Below are positions 42,400 to 52,749 of a stretch of 64,000 bases of DNA, one piece after another. Under the pieces are notes generated by a model that saw only the letters and a program-made list of their open reading frames with translations, did not search any database and was not told the origin of the DNA. Source of the DNA: an uncultured Gemmatimonadales bacterium (GTDB lineage: Bacteria > Gemmatimonadota > Gemmatimonadetes > Gemmatimonadales > GWC2-71-9); contig CAWCFX010000001.1 of the NCBI GenBank assembly GCA_963795085.1, positions 1,184,001 to 1,248,000 on the forward strand, written 5' to 3'. Numbering within the stretch: the stretch's first letter is position 1; the number at the start of each line of letters is the position of its first letter. The translations under genes were made by a program, and so were the position numbers.

Positions 42400-43808
42400 C
42401 GCTGCTCTGGCTGGCTCTGGCCACCGTCGCCGGGGGCGTGGGTTTTATCCTGGGCCGCCGCCAGGGCGCCGGGGTCCAGCCGGCGGCGCCGGACCTGGAC
42501 CGGATGCAGCGGTTTCTGCCCGACCCGGCCATGCGCTGGCTGGGCCGCGCTCATGATGCCCGGGCGGTGTGGGCGCTGGAAGGACCCGAGCCTGCCACCG
42601 TCTCGGTGGCCCGGTACCTGGGGGGCGCCGGCCTCCCCGCCTCGGAGCTCGATCTGCTGGAACGAAAGATCGAAGTCCTGACCGGCCGCGAGGACGAAGG
42701 CGTGGAGCGCATCAACCGGGGGACGCTGATCTACGTCTCCCGGCCCTCCGCGGTGGCGGCCATGCTGATTCCCACCGGCCCGTCGGTCGCGACCGACCTG
42801 GCGCTGGACGACCTCCGCGACTTTGCCGACGCCCTGGTGTACCATCACGCCCTCCTCCCCACCCGGGAACGAAAGTCACCGGTGGAATCGCTGGCGACGG
42901 TCGGGCGGGGACTCGCGGTTCAGCTGGAACGGCTGGCGTTAAGCCCGGTGGCCATCGTCGCCGGGCTGCACGGGGGCGCCCAGGTGATCGCGGTTTCGCC
43001 GTCGGGCGACCAGCGGCTGATGCACCTCAGGGCTGAGCCCGGGAGCCCGGCGGGGCGGGTGGCCCAGGGCGACGCGGACGAGATGTTCACCCGGCTGGAT
43101 CCCCTGGGAAGCACCGTGGTGGACCGGCGCCGAATGTCCGCCTCCCAGCTGATTCCGCTGACCCGGGATTCGACCCGGCTCGGCACGGTGATCGTGTGGC
43201 CGCACCACGGCGAGGAACTGGCGGGGCAGGCGCTGGCCGACATCATGGAGGCGATCGGCTCCGTGGCGGTGGCCCTGGAGAATGCGCGGCAGGTCCACGA
43301 ACTGGAGCTGACGGCCACCACCGACCCCCTCACCGGGCTGACCAACCGGCGGGGGCTGGAAACGGCCATGGCGCGCATCGGGGCGCAGGCGGGCGCACTG
43401 ATCTACGCCGACCTCGACCGTTTCAAGCTCCTCAACGACAGCCTGGGACACCCCGCCGGCGATGACGCGCTCCGGTTCTTTGCCGGCATCATCCGGAAGC
43501 ACGTCCGGGCGACCGACACGCCCGCCCGGATCGGCGGGGAGGAGTTCGCGCTCTGGCTGCCCGGGGCCAGGGTACGGCTGGGAGAGGAGATCGCCGACCG
43601 GATCCGCAACTCGCTGGAGAAAGAATTGTGGACCTGGCAGGACCGCCACTGGCCGCTCACGGCCTCGTTCGGGGTGGCGGCATGTCCCGATACCAGCCGG
43701 AGCATCCAGAACCTGGCCGCACAGGCCGATGCGGCGCTCTACGCCGCCAAGAACGGGGGGCGGAACCGGGTGGTGGTGGCGGGGAAGTCGGGGGACTGGG
43801 TGATGTGA
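42396..43808 (+). CDS. Membrane-anchored GAF-like + GGDEF diguanylate cyclase
   Basis: TDPLTGLTNRR, DLDRFKLLNDSLGH, RATD I-site, GGEEF, LYAAKNGGRNRV. Confidence 0.9.
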   Translation: MTLLWLALATVAGGVGFILGRRQGAGVQPAAPDLDRMQRFLPDPAMRWLGRAHDARAVWALEGPEPATVSVARYLGGAGLPASELDLLERKIEVLTGREDEGVERINRGTLIYVSRPSAVAAMLIPTGPSVATDLALDDLRDFADALVYHHALLPTRERKSPVESLATVGRGLAVQLERLALSPVAIVAGLHGGAQVIAVSPSGDQRLMHLRAEPGSPAGRVAQGDADEMFTRLDPLGSTVVDRRRMSASQLIPLTRDSTRLGTVIVWPHHGEELAGQALADIMEAIGSVAVALENARQVHELELTATTDPLTGLTNRRGLETAMARIGAQAGALIYADLDRFKLLNDSLGHPAGDDALRFFAGIIRKHVRATDTPARIGGEEFALWLPGARVRLGEEIADRIRNSLEKELWTWQDRHWPLTASFGVAACPDTSRSIQNLAAQADAALYAAKNGGRNRVVVAGKSGDWVM

Positions 43809-43847
43809 TCCGCGCTTGCGCTCCTGTCCATGCGGGATGGCTAATAC

Positions 43848-43876
43848 TTGAATTCCCAATGAGTTCTGGCTAGTTT
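43848..43876 (+). promoter_or_regulatory. Candidate sigma70 promoter of ssrA
   Basis: TTGAAT-N17-TAGTTT ending 8 nt before the mature 5' end. Confidence 0.5.
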
Positions 43877-43884
43877 TATCGCAC

Positions 43885-44246
43885 GGGGGCGATCGGCTTC
43901 GACGGGTTTGATGAAGGAATCGCCGCGTGCCCAGGTCCAGGTTCCTGGTAAAACCGCTTGGAAAGATTCAACTGCCAATTCTGAACTGGCAATGGCCGCG
44001 TAAGCTGAGCTAACGCTCGCTTCACGCACCTTCCGCAGTTGTAGCTCGCCCGGCGCGACGCTGCGGAATCGCAAATCCGGGCTGGCAAGCCGCGCTGCTC
44101 CGTCGCGGTAAGCGAGATTTCAGGAGCTGATCTGTCAGGCGGTCGGTTCATCACCGGCTGATGGACGAAGCAGAGAGATGAGCCTACGCACGTAGACGTT
44201 ATTCTGGAGACTCATCCGGACCAGGGTTCGATTCCCTGCGCCTCCA
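43885..44246 (+). ncRNA. ssrA: tmRNA (one-piece), tag peptide ANSELAMAA at 43974-44003
   Basis: Acceptor stem GGGGGCG/CGCCTCC with G3-U wobble and discriminator A; TTCGAC near 5' end; T arm CAGGG-TTCGATT-CCCTG; tag ORF ending AA-stop; CCA not encoded. Confidence 0.96.
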
Positions 44247-44263
44247 TAACTCTCCTCCCCCGG

Positions 44264-44294
44264 CCCCCGCTCCGTTTCGGAGCGGGGGTTTTTT
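44264..44294 (+). terminator. Intrinsic terminator of ssrA
   Basis: CCCCCGCTCCG/CGGAGCGGGGG stem plus T6. Confidence 0.9.
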
Positions 44295-44297
44295 CTT

Positions 44298-44733
44298 CCG
44301 AGATTATGCCGGGCGCTGGCCCTGCCTTGGACACCAAGGCACGAAACCTCAGGAAACAACGAAGGCGGTGTCTGCTTGGAGTGTTTCGTGCTTTGTTGTT
44401 CCGGGCAGGGCTGGTCACCAGTACAATCCTGGAGATAGTACCAGGCGCGGGCCCTGCCTTGACGCCAAAGCACGAAATACCACGAAACAGGGAAGACATC
44501 TGTCGGTGTGCCTTTCTTCCGTTGTTGTTTGGTCTTTCGTGCCTTGTCGTTCCGGGCAGGGCTGGTCTCCAGTACAATCCCGGAGATAGTACCGGGCGCG
44601 GGCCCTGCCTTGACGCCAAAGCACAAATATCATGAAACAAGGAAAGCGAAATCTTGGCATTCGTGCTGTGTTGTTCCGCAGGGCTGGTTACCGCTACAAT
44701 CCTCAGGCAATACCGTGAGGACGGCCTGCCGGG
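44298..44733. repeat. Array of four long structured repeat units with variable linkers
   Basis: Units at 44298-44364 (3' half only), 44384-44495, 44535-44646 and 44660-44733 (diverged, truncated); shared GGCAGGGC..TACAATCC..GCCCTGCC core and TTCGTG/CACGAAA arms. Confidence 0.92.
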
Positions 44734-44754
44734 CGGTCCCTTCCCGCATGCCGG

Positions 44755-44783
44755 ACAACCTTTTCCATCCGCCGGACGACTAA
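44755..44783 (+). promoter_or_regulatory. Candidate ECF-type autoregulatory promoter
   Basis: ACAACC-N16-CGACTAA, 34 nt upstream of the ECF sigma gene. Confidence 0.45.
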
Positions 44784-44816
44784 CCTGCACATGACCGTGC
44801 CCGCGGCAGGCCACAC

Positions 44817-45344
44817 GTGAACCCCGACAGGGATCTCGTCCAGGCCATCCTCCAGGATGGCGACGAGGGGGCGTTCCGCGAACTCTACCGCCGGCACACC
44901 AACCGTCTCTACGCCACCGCGCTCCGGCTCCTGGCCCATTCGGAGATGGACGCCGAGGATGCGGTGCAGGAAACCTGGGTTCGGGCGGTGCGGGAACTGG
45001 AGCGGTTTCGCTGGGGGGCGGCCTTGAGCACCTGGCTGATCGCCATCCTGACCAATGTCGCCCGCGACCAGATACGAAAGACGCACCGGCTGGCGGAACA
45101 GGAATTCGGACCCGTCGAGCTGGCGGGGTCCACCGCCGCCCCCGGTGACCGGGTTGACCTGGAGCGGGCCATCGCGCTGCTGCCCGAGGGCTACCGGACC
45201 GTGCTGGTCCTGCACGATGTGGAAGGCCTGACCCACGAAGAAATCGGGGCGGCCCTGGGGATCGCCCCGGGAACGTCCAAGAGCCAGCTGTTCAGCGCCC
45301 GGCGATCCATGCGGGCGCTGCTGCAACCGCAAGTGGAGGGATGA
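44817..45344 (+). CDS. ECF RNA polymerase sigma factor
   Basis: AFRELY, DAEDAVQETW, STWLIAI, LPEGYRTVLVLHDVEGLTHEEI, GTSKSQL. Confidence 0.94.
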   Translation: MNPDRDLVQAILQDGDEGAFRELYRRHTNRLYATALRLLAHSEMDAEDAVQETWVRAVRELERFRWGAALSTWLIAILTNVARDQIRKTHRLAEQEFGPVELAGSTAAPGDRVDLERAIALLPEGYRTVLVLHDVEGLTHEEIGAALGIAPGTSKSQLFSARRSMRALLQPQVEG

Positions 45345-45889
45345 TGACCGACCCCGATGATCTGACGCCGGCCGAACGCCGCGCGCTGGCCAGCCTGTCC
45401 ACGGGGCCCCAGCCGGGCCGCCTGCTGGAGGAACGCACGGTGCAGGCGCTCCGGGCCGAAGGGTTGTTGCGTACCCGCCCGCGGCGGTTCCCGGCGGCCC
45501 GGCGGGCGGCGGCTGCGGCCGTCGCCGCCGGCCTGTTCTTCGGCGGCCTGGCCACCGGGCAATGGATCGCGGGCCGGGAGACCGGCCGCATGGTGAGCCA
45601 GCTCGAGGCCAGTCATGCCATGGAGGCGGCGCTACTGGTGCAGCGGACCGGGTCGGCCTACGCGCAGGCCATCGCCGGACTGGCCACTTCACGGAACGCC
45701 GGCGACAGCCTGGTCGTGGCGCAGGGGCGGGAGGTGGCCCTCAGCGCGCTGTATGGCGCCGCCAACCAGCTGGTCCGGATCTCCCCCGATGATCCGCTCG
45801 TCGTCCGCATTCTCCAGGCGATGGAACAGGAGCGGGCCGACACTGGTACGACCGCAGCGGGAGGGACCCGCCGCGTGATCTGGTTCTGA
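45341..45889 (+). CDS. Single-TM hypothetical protein, probable anti-sigma factor
   Basis: Overlaps sigma stop codon; one TM (AAAAAVAAGLFFGGL). Confidence 0.65.
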   Translation: MMTDPDDLTPAERRALASLSTGPQPGRLLEERTVQALRAEGLLRTRPRRFPAARRAAAAAVAAGLFFGGLATGQWIAGRETGRMVSQLEASHAMEAALLVQRTGSAYAQAIAGLATSRNAGDSLVVAQGREVALSALYGAANQLVRISPDDPLVVRILQAMEQERADTGTTAAGGTRRVIWF

Positions 45890-45903
45890 CAAGGAGATTG
45901 TCC

Positions 45904-47325
45904 ATGCCAACGCTGCCCCCGCGACCCTGGCGCTCACTGTTCTTGCTCGGCGCGCTGCTGGTCCCGGGCCAGGTGGGTGCCCAGGGTGTCACCACCGCTT
46001 CATCGTGCACCGGAGCCCCTTCCGCCCTCGGCCCCCTTGGCATCCTCGAGGTGAGTTGTGATTGTACCTTCGACAGCCGGAACGGCACCTGGACTTTTCG
46101 GGGAGAGCCCGAGATTCGGGCCGTGGCCCCCGGCGGCCCCTCGGCCGGACGCCTGCGGCCTGGCGACATCGTCGTGGCGGTGGACGGGATCCCGATCACG
46201 ACCCGGGCCGCGGGTACCCGGCTCTCCCGGTACACGACCACCCCGCTCACCCTCAGGGTCCGCAGGGGGAACCGGGAGATCGAAGTTCGAATCACGCCCG
46301 AGGAACCGTGCCAACCCCCGGTGCCCCCCCGGCCGGCGTCGGCTGCGCCGCCCCGGGCTGTATCGGCCCCCCGGCTTCCCGGCGCCGGCACCCCCCCGGT
46401 GACTCCCCAGCCCCCATCGGCCGTTCGCGCTCCGCCGGCCCCGCCCACCTCGGGTGGATGGTTCGGGTTCGGGATCAGCTGCACCAACTGTGAAATGAAC
46501 GTGACCAATCACGCGGACATCGAGCGGGCCGAATTCGAGCTGCGCGCCCTGCTCGATCGACCAAATGGCGATGCGTCGGCGATTCTTTCGGCGCGGGCCA
46601 AGGTCCGGGACCTGCGGCGGGCGAACACTTCCTGGCGCTTCAGCGAGTATCCATCCCTCTTCTCGGTCGACCGCGGCAGCCCGGCCCTGGAGGCCGGCCT
46701 TCAGCGGGGGGATGTCCTGCTCAAGATCGATGGGCATTCCCTGCTCACCGCCGAGGGCGCCCGGCGGTTCGCCCTGGTGGAGCCGGGCCAGACGGTGGGT
46801 TTCACCTATCGGCGGGGTGGGTCGGAGCATTCGGTCAATGTGCAGGCCGTTGAACGTCCCTACTCGTCTTTCGTCGCCGCTCCGGTAGGACGGGCGACCG
46901 AAACGCTGGGCCGACTGGAACGGATCGAGATGCTGCGGGAGCGGGAACTGGAGGAGCACGCAGCCCGGCTGACCGAGACGCTGGACCGCGCGGAGGGCAG
47001 TGCGCGGGGCGGCCGGGACCGGGAACGGGCGCTGGCCGAACTCCGGGCCCAGACGGAGGCGCTCAGCACGACCCAAACCTCCGAATCCCAGGTTCAGTTG
47101 GAGCGGCTGCGGTCCCAACTGGCCCTGCTGGAACGATCGCGCCCGCTGGCGCTTGAGTCCTCGCCGGAGGAGCAGCACCTCCGGTTCGCCGGCTCGGTCG
47201 GGAACACCGAGGTCGAGGTGCGGGGCCGTAGTTCCGTGGTCGTCAGCTATGATCGGGGCACCGGCGAGTTGCTGATCAGCACGCTGGATTCCACCATCCG
47301 GGTCAAGGCGCCGGCCCAGCGGTGA
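45904..47325 (+). CDS. Secreted double-PDZ-domain protein
   Basis: Signal peptide; VAPGGPS..LRPGDIVVAVDG and GSPALEAGLQRGDVLLKIDG; Pro-rich linker; coiled coil. Confidence 0.82.
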   Translation: MPTLPPRPWRSLFLLGALLVPGQVGAQGVTTASSCTGAPSALGPLGILEVSCDCTFDSRNGTWTFRGEPEIRAVAPGGPSAGRLRPGDIVVAVDGIPITTRAAGTRLSRYTTTPLTLRVRRGNREIEVRITPEEPCQPPVPPRPASAAPPRAVSAPRLPGAGTPPVTPQPPSAVRAPPAPPTSGGWFGFGISCTNCEMNVTNHADIERAEFELRALLDRPNGDASAILSARAKVRDLRRANTSWRFSEYPSLFSVDRGSPALEAGLQRGDVLLKIDGHSLLTAEGARRFALVEPGQTVGFTYRRGGSEHSVNVQAVERPYSSFVAAPVGRATETLGRLERIEMLRERELEEHAARLTETLDRAEGSARGGRDRERALAELRAQTEALSTTQTSESQVQLERLRSQLALLERSRPLALESSPEEQHLRFAGSVGNTEVEVRGRSSVVVSYDRGTGELLISTLDSTIRVKAPAQR

Positions 47326-47521
47326 GTGAGGGCCAAAGTCGCGAAGTTCAGTTGCAAACCTCCGAGGTTCACCCCCGGGGGTTGTCGAAACCAGGGGCCC
47401 GGGGCAGCGATTCGGGTGAGGAGACCAGGGCAGGCCGCCCCGGCAGTTGACGACCGGCTGCCGGAGGTGGTAATTGAGGGTGTCGCCGCCCTCTTCCGTG
47501 ACCCGATCCCCCTGGCCGCCC

Positions 47522-48766
47522 ATGTCGTCATCTCTCGCCCACCCCGTTTCGGTTTCCCGGCTTACCGCGCTCCGGGCCCGGTTTCCCGCCCTGGCCCGGA
47601 CCCACCAGGGGGTTCCGGTGGCGTACTTCGACGGCCCCGGCGGCACCCAGGTGCCCCAGCCGGTGGTCGACGCGATGACCGATTACCTCCTCCACCATAA
47701 CGCCAATACCCACTGGAACTATCCCACCAGCGCCGAGACAGACCAGGCGATCGCCGATGCCCGGCAGGCGCTGGCCGATTTCCTGAATGCGCGGCCGGAG
47801 GAAATTGCCTTTGGGGCCAACATGACGACCCTCACCTTTCACCTGGCCCGGGCGCTGGGCCGGCGCTGGCGGGAAGGGGACACGGTCGTGATCACCGAGC
47901 TGGACCACCAGGCGAACGTGGCGCCCTGGGAGGCCCTGATCCACGAGCGGGGTATCCGGCTCCGGATTGTCGGTTTTCATCCCGAGTCAGGAGAACTGGA
48001 CTGGGACGATCTCGAGCGCGCCCTGGCGGCCCGGCCCCGCCTGCTCGCAATCGGCGCAGCCTCCAACGCGCTGGGCACCATCAACGATGTGCAGCGTGCG
48101 ACCACGCTGGCCCGGGCCGCGGGCGCCCTGACCTTCGTGGATGCCGTCCACTACGCCCCCCACAACCTGGTGGACGTCGAAGCGCTGGGGTGTGATTTCC
48201 TCGCCTGCTCGGCCTACAAGTTCTATGGCCCCCACGTGGGCGTGCTCTTTGGGAAACGCGCCCTGCTCGAAGAGCTGCACCCGCCCAAGCTGACGCCGGC
48301 CCCGGAAACCGCCCCCGAGAAAATGGAAACCGGCACCCAGAACCATGAAGGCATCGTCGGCGCGGCCGCGGCGGTGGATTTCCTGGCCGGGCAGGGTGAG
48401 GGAGATACGCGGCGGGAACGGCTGGTCGCGGCTTTCGGCGCGTTCCATGCCTCGGGGCGGCAGCTGTTCGGTCAGCTCTGGAGCGGCCTCGGGCTGATCC
48501 CCGGCGTGCTCCGGTATGGCGTGGGGCTGGGCGGGGAACGAACCCCCACGGCAGCCTTTACCCTGGCCAGAGTTCCCGCCGACCAGGTGAGTGAGGCGCT
48601 GGCCCGCCGGGGGGTCTTCGTATCGCACGGGGACTTCTATGCCAGCACCGTCACCAGCCGCCTCAAGGTGGGGCCCCAGGGGCTGGTGCGGGCCGGCTGC
48701 GCCTGCTACAGCAGCGCGGCCGAGGTGGACCGGCTGCTGGAGGGCATCGAGGCTCTGGCTAGGTAG
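47522..48766 (+). CDS. Cysteine desulfurase-like PLP enzyme (aminotransferase class V)
   Basis: [33 protein letters not shown]. Confidence 0.9.
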   Translation: MSSSLAHPVSVSRLTALRARFPALARTHQGVPVAYFDGPGGTQVPQPVVDAMTDYLLHHNANTHWNYPTSAETDQAIADARQALADFLNARPEEIAFGANMTTLTFHLARALGRRWREGDTVVITELDHQANVAPWEALIHERGIRLRIVGFHPESGELDWDDLERALAARPRLLAIGAASNALGTINDVQRATTLARAAGALTFVDAVHYAPHNLVDVEALGCDFLACSAYKFYGPHVGVLFGKRALLEELHPPKLTPAPETAPEKMETGTQNHEGIVGAAAAVDFLAGQGEGDTRRERLVAAFGAFHASGRQLFGQLWSGLGLIPGVLRYGVGLGGERTPTAAFTLARVPADQVSEALARRGVFVSHGDFYASTVTSRLKVGPQGLVRAGCACYSSAAEVDRLLEGIEALAR

Positions 48767-49247
48767 GGAGCTTCTTCGCCAGGACTTTCTCTTCCTGCGC
48801 CTTCCGGAACGCGCGCAGTTTGTCCGCCATCTCCGGGTCGGTCCGCGCGATCATCGCCACGGCGAACAGGGCGGCGTTCGCGGCGCCCGCCTCGCCGATA
48901 GCAAAGGTGGCCACCGGGATACCGGCCGGCATCTGGGCGGTGGACAACAGGGAGTCGAGGCCCTGCAGGTATTTGGAGGGCATCGGGACGCCAAGCACGG
49001 GCAGCGTAGTCTTCGAGGCGATGACCCCCGCGAGGTGGGCCGCGCCGCCGGCCCCGGCGATGATGCAGACCATGCCCCGGCCCTGCGCTTCCTCGGCGAA
49101 CTTGACGGCGTGGTCCGGGGTCCGGTGCGCGGACAGAACCCGCGCATCAACCGTGATGCCGAACGCGGCCAGTTGTTTCGCGGCGTGTTCCATCGTCGGC
49201 CAGTCGCTGTCGCTGCCCATCAGAATTCCCACCAGTGGCGCTGCCAT
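48759..49247 (-). CDS. purE: N5-carboxyaminoimidazole ribonucleotide mutase
   Basis: [28 protein letters not shown]. Confidence 0.97.
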   Translation of the reverse strand: MAAPLVGILMGSDSDWPTMEHAAKQLAAFGITVDARVLSAHRTPDHAVKFAEEAQGRGMVCIIAGAGGAAHLAGVIASKTTLPVLGVPMPSKYLQGLDSLLSTAQMPAGIPVATFAIGEAGAANAALFAVAMIARTDPEMADKLRAFRKAQEEKVLAKKLPT

Positions 49248-49448
49248 CCTTCCTCCTGTCGCTAGAGTTAGTGGTTCTGCCCCCAAAATAACCCGGTCCG
49301 GCATTTCAATTGCAGACCGTTCCGGGTACCTTGTACCTATCCGCAGGACAGGGGGGCCTCTCCGGGCCGCGACCGGCTGGGGAGAGCCGATTCCATAGCT
49401 GTATGCCCGACCCAGTTCGATCGCCAGCACCCTCTGGAGGAAACCGGG

Positions 49449-50006
49449 ATGCAGGCTCAGCCCACTCAAGCGATCCTCGCGGCGTACCTGGAGGCCATTT
49501 CGGCGTTCTGGCCGGAATTGCATACCCGGCTGCTGCAGCGATCCGCCACCTGGGCCGGGCAGTCGGAGGACGAGCTGGGTAGGGAACTCGAGGCATGCCT
49601 CGCCGAGGCGTCCGGCCCGGGCAGCCAGGTCAGGATATTCTGGAAATTGGGACCCGATCTTCGCTTCGGTGGGTGTAACCGGCTGTTCGCGGAGGATGCC
49701 GGCGTGCCCGCGGCCAGCCTGGTCGGTATGGATGACTTCGATCCCCGGCTGCCGTGGGCCGGCCAGGCCGAGAAGTTCCGGGCGGACGACCTGGGAGTAT
49801 TTCTGGGAGGAGAACCTCGCATGGATATCGTCGAGCGGCAGCGCTCCGCCGCCGGCGTCATCTGGGTGAAGGTCGCGAAGGTCCCCATTCGTTCCCCGGC
49901 GGGCCCGACCGGCATTCTCGGCCTGTACCAGATCCTGGAATCCGAGTTGGACGGAGGACTGCTTTCCCAGCCCACTCCCTCCACCTCGCTCTCCGCCCCC
50001 GCGTGA
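49449..50006 (+). CDS. Stand-alone PAS-like domain protein
   Basis: IFWK...[41 protein letters not shown], a typical PAS_4 pattern. Confidence 0.7.
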   Translation: MQAQPTQAILAAYLEAISAFWPELHTRLLQRSATWAGQSEDELGRELEACLAEASGPGSQVRIFWKLGPDLRFGGCNRLFAEDAGVPAASLVGMDDFDPRLPWAGQAEKFRADDLGVFLGGEPRMDIVERQRSAAGVIWVKVAKVPIRSPAGPTGILGLYQILESELDGGLLSQPTPSTSLSAPA

Positions 50007-52744
50007 GTTCCACCACCGACCGTTCGGTCTCGGCGGGGTCCCTGGCCGCGGGCACCGCGCTGTACGGCCTTGCCTATTTCGTGTGGGAGCGGGCAGGCTG
50101 GGGTACGGCCGAGATGCGCGACCTGCTGTCCAATGTCGCGTTCATGCCGCTCAACGCGATGGTCGCCCTCCTCTTCGGGCTGGCCTCCCGCAACCAGGTC
50201 CTGGAACCCCGGGTCCGGGGGGCACTGCGCCTGCTGGCGGTGGCCAGCACGATGGTGCTGATCGGCAATTCCATCTCGGTCTATTACGACACGGTGCTGG
50301 AGATCAACCCGCCGATATCCTGGGCCGACCTGTTCTATATATCCGACAGTTTCCTCACCGTCGCCGCCCTGCTGAGTTTCCCCATCGCCGAACGCACCTC
50401 GATCGAGTGGCGGAAATTCGCGCTCGACGCGACGGTGGTGCTGCTGGGCGGGGCAGTGGCCATCTGGTTCTTCGTCATGCGGCCGATCGCCGCGGTGGGC
50501 GAAAGCCAGGGCACCGCAGTGGTGCTGGTTTTCGCCTATCCGCTGGCCGGCCTGCTGGTCCTCCTCGGGATCATCACGGTCCTCCTTCGCCGGCCCACGG
50601 ACAACAACCGGCTGGCCTTTCACCTCCTGGTGGCGGCCAGCGGGCTTTCGATCGTCGCCGACCTGGTTTTCAACTACATCCTCGCGGACGAGGGGCGGCG
50701 GGCCGCCGCGTGGACCGACGGGATCTACCTGGTGGTCTACACGTTGCTGGTCGCCAGCGGGGAACTGTATTGGCGGCGGCCGGTTCCCCGCCGCCGGGTA
50801 GAGCCCCGGGAATCCCCCCGCTCTCAGCCGCTCAGCGCGCTTCCCTATATCGCGGCCGCCGGGGTCTACGGTCTGCTGCTGATCGCGGCGCTGGAGAACT
50901 GGGTGGACCCGATCAGCGGCCTCACCATTGGGGCCGTGCTGGTGACCATCGTCGTGCTGATTCGGCAGTTCACCGCGGTCCGGCAGAACGTCCGGCTGCT
51001 GGCGGTGCAGGCCGCCCGTCAGAACGAGGCGCGGTTCCGTTCGATGGTCCAGAACTCGTCCGACGTCATTCTCGTCATTCAGCCCGATGCCTCGATCCGG
51101 TTCGTGAGCCCCTCGGTGACCCGGGTCTTCGGCTACGCGCCGGGGGTACTGACCGGGGCGCGGCTGCTGGACTTCGTGCATCCCGAGGACGCCGCGGGGT
51201 TCGCCAGCTTCCTGCGTGACGCCGCCGGCCATCCGGGCGTGACGCCGCCAGCGGAATGGCGGATGCGGCGGCCCGACGGAGCCTGGCTGCATTCCGAGGC
51301 GATCGGGACCAACCTGATGCACGATCCGGATGTCGCCGGCATCGTGCTCAACGCCCGGGACGTGAGCGAGCGCAAGCAGCTGGAGCAGCAGTTGATGCAC
51401 CAGGCCTTTCACGATCCGCTCACCGGGCTCGCCAACCGGGCGCTGTTCCGTGACCGGGTGAGCCACGCGCTCACCATCGCCAACCGGCAGGGCGGCTCGC
51501 TCGCGGTGCTCTTCCTCGACCTGGACGATTTCAAGAAGGTCAACGACAGCCTGGGCCACAGCGAGGGCGACCGACTCCTGGTCGAGGTGGCCCGCCGGCT
51601 GCGCAGCTGCGCCCGGGAGTCGGACACGGTGGCCCGGCTGGGCGGCGACGAGTTCGCCGTCCTGATCGAGGACCCGGCCCAGAGTGACGGGCCCGATACC
51701 GTGGTGGACCGGATTACCCGCGCCATGGCGCGCCCCTTTCCCATTGGCAACAGCGACCTGGAGATTCACGCCAGCGCCGGCATCGCGACACCCGCGAGCG
51801 GCGATACCGCCGATGCCCTGCTGCGCAACGCCGACGTGGCGATGTACAGCGCCAAGCGGGCCGGCAAAGGCCGCAGCGTGCGGTTTGACCCGGGGATGTA
51901 TGCCAGCGTGCTGAACCGCCTCGAAATGGAAACGGCCTTGCGGCACGCCATCGAGCGCCATGAGCTGGCGCTGTACTACCAGCCGATCGTGTCGCTCAAG
52001 AGCGGAAACCTGGTGGGCGTGGAAGCGCTGGTCCGCTGGAATCATCCCCAGCACGGGTCGCTGGTTCCGCTCCACTTCATTCCGCTCGCCGAGGAGACCG
52101 GGCTGATCGTGCCGCTGGGCCGCTGGGTGCTGGCCGAATCCCTCCGCCAGCTGGCCATCTGGAAAGCCCGCTTTCCGCGGGCCGAGGTCGCTGTCTACGT
52201 GAACATGTCGGGAAGGGAACTGGCTGAAGCGGATGCCGTGGAGACAATCCGGCAGCTGCTGGAGCAGGCGGCAGTGGACCCGCACGGGCTGGTGCTGGAG
52301 ATTACCGAGAGCGTCCTGATGCAGCAAAGTGACGAGGCGCTGACCCGGCTGCATGATCTCCGGGCCCTGGGCCTGCGCCTGGCGATCGATGATTTCGGGA
52401 CCGGATATTCATCGCTCAGCTACCTGCAGCGGTTTCCCATTGACATCCTCAAGATCGCCAAGCCGTTCGTGGACGACGTGGCCGCCGGGGTCGAGCGTTC
52501 GGCGCTGGCCCGTGCCATCATCGGCATCGGCAGTACGCTCAAGCTCACCACGCTGGCCGAGGGCATCGAGATGGCGGAGCAACGCGCTGGCCTGGTGAAG
52601 CTGGGGTGCCAGCTGGGGCAGGGGTACTATTTTGCCCGGCCGCTGCCGGCCGATGGGATCGAGGCCATCCTCAAGAGCCCGGGGGTGGAGGTGCGGCAAT
52701 ACCGGAGCGGCGAACACGCCATGCCGGCGGCCGACGGGACCTGA
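50003..52744 (+). CDS. Multi-TM sensor + PAS + GGDEF + EAL protein
   Basis: About nine TM segments, [37 protein letters not shown]. Confidence 0.93.
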   Translation: MSSTTDRSVSAGSLAAGTALYGLAYFVWERAGWGTAEMRDLLSNVAFMPLNAMVALLFGLASRNQVLEPRVRGALRLLAVASTMVLIGNSISVYYDTVLEINPPISWADLFYISDSFLTVAALLSFPIAERTSIEWRKFALDATVVLLGGAVAIWFFVMRPIAAVGESQGTAVVLVFAYPLAGLLVLLGIITVLLRRPTDNNRLAFHLLVAASGLSIVADLVFNYILADEGRRAAAWTDGIYLVVYTLLVASGELYWRRPVPRRRVEPRESPRSQPLSALPYIAAAGVYGLLLIAALENWVDPISGLTIGAVLVTIVVLIRQFTAVRQNVRLLAVQAARQNEARFRSMVQNSSDVILVIQPDASIRFVSPSVTRVFGYAPGVLTGARLLDFVHPEDAAGFASFLRDAAGHPGVTPPAEWRMRRPDGAWLHSEAIGTNLMHDPDVAGIVLNARDVSERKQLEQQLMHQAFHDPLTGLANRALFRDRVSHALTIANRQGGSLAVLFLDLDDFKKVNDSLGHSEGDRLLVEVARRLRSCARESDTVARLGGDEFAVLIEDPAQSDGPDTVVDRITRAMARPFPIGNSDLEIHASAGIATPASGDTADALLRNADVAMYSAKRAGKGRSVRFDPGMYASVLNRLEMETALRHAIERHELALYYQPIVSLKSGNLVGVEALVRWNHPQHGSLVPLHFIPLAEETGLIVPLGRWVLAESLRQLAIWKARFPRAEVAVYVNMSGRELAEADAVETIRQLLEQAAVDPHGLVLEITESVLMQQSDEALTRLHDLRALGLRLAIDDFGTGYSSLSYLQRFPIDILKIAKPFVDDVAAGVERSALARAIIGIGSTLKLTTLAEGIEMAEQRAGLVKLGCQLGQGYYFARPLPADGIEAILKSPGVEVRQYRSGEHAMPAADGT

Positions 52745-52749
52745 CTCCG

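Noticed and set aside
43903..44220. Chimeric tmRNA suggested by weak pairing in the middle of helix P2
   Set aside because: Both ends of P2 pair, and internal loops are normal there; needs a covariance-model alignment to judge
44298..44733. CRISPR array or integron attC array
   Set aside because: Repeats are ~110 nt, linkers vary from 13 to 39 nt and are partly self-complementary to the arms; no cas or integrase genes; no RYYYAAC/GTTRRRY ends
44135..44814. ORFs with repeated peptides (CFGVKAGPAPGTIS) over the array
   Set aside because: Repeat periods of 151 and 124 nt are not multiples of 3, so frames shift between copies; one ORF runs antisense into tmRNA
49466..52354. Very long antisense ORFs (also 19552-22020, 16972-18963, 54221-56356)
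   Set aside because: Shadow frames of well-supported genes in high-GC DNA; no recognisable motifs
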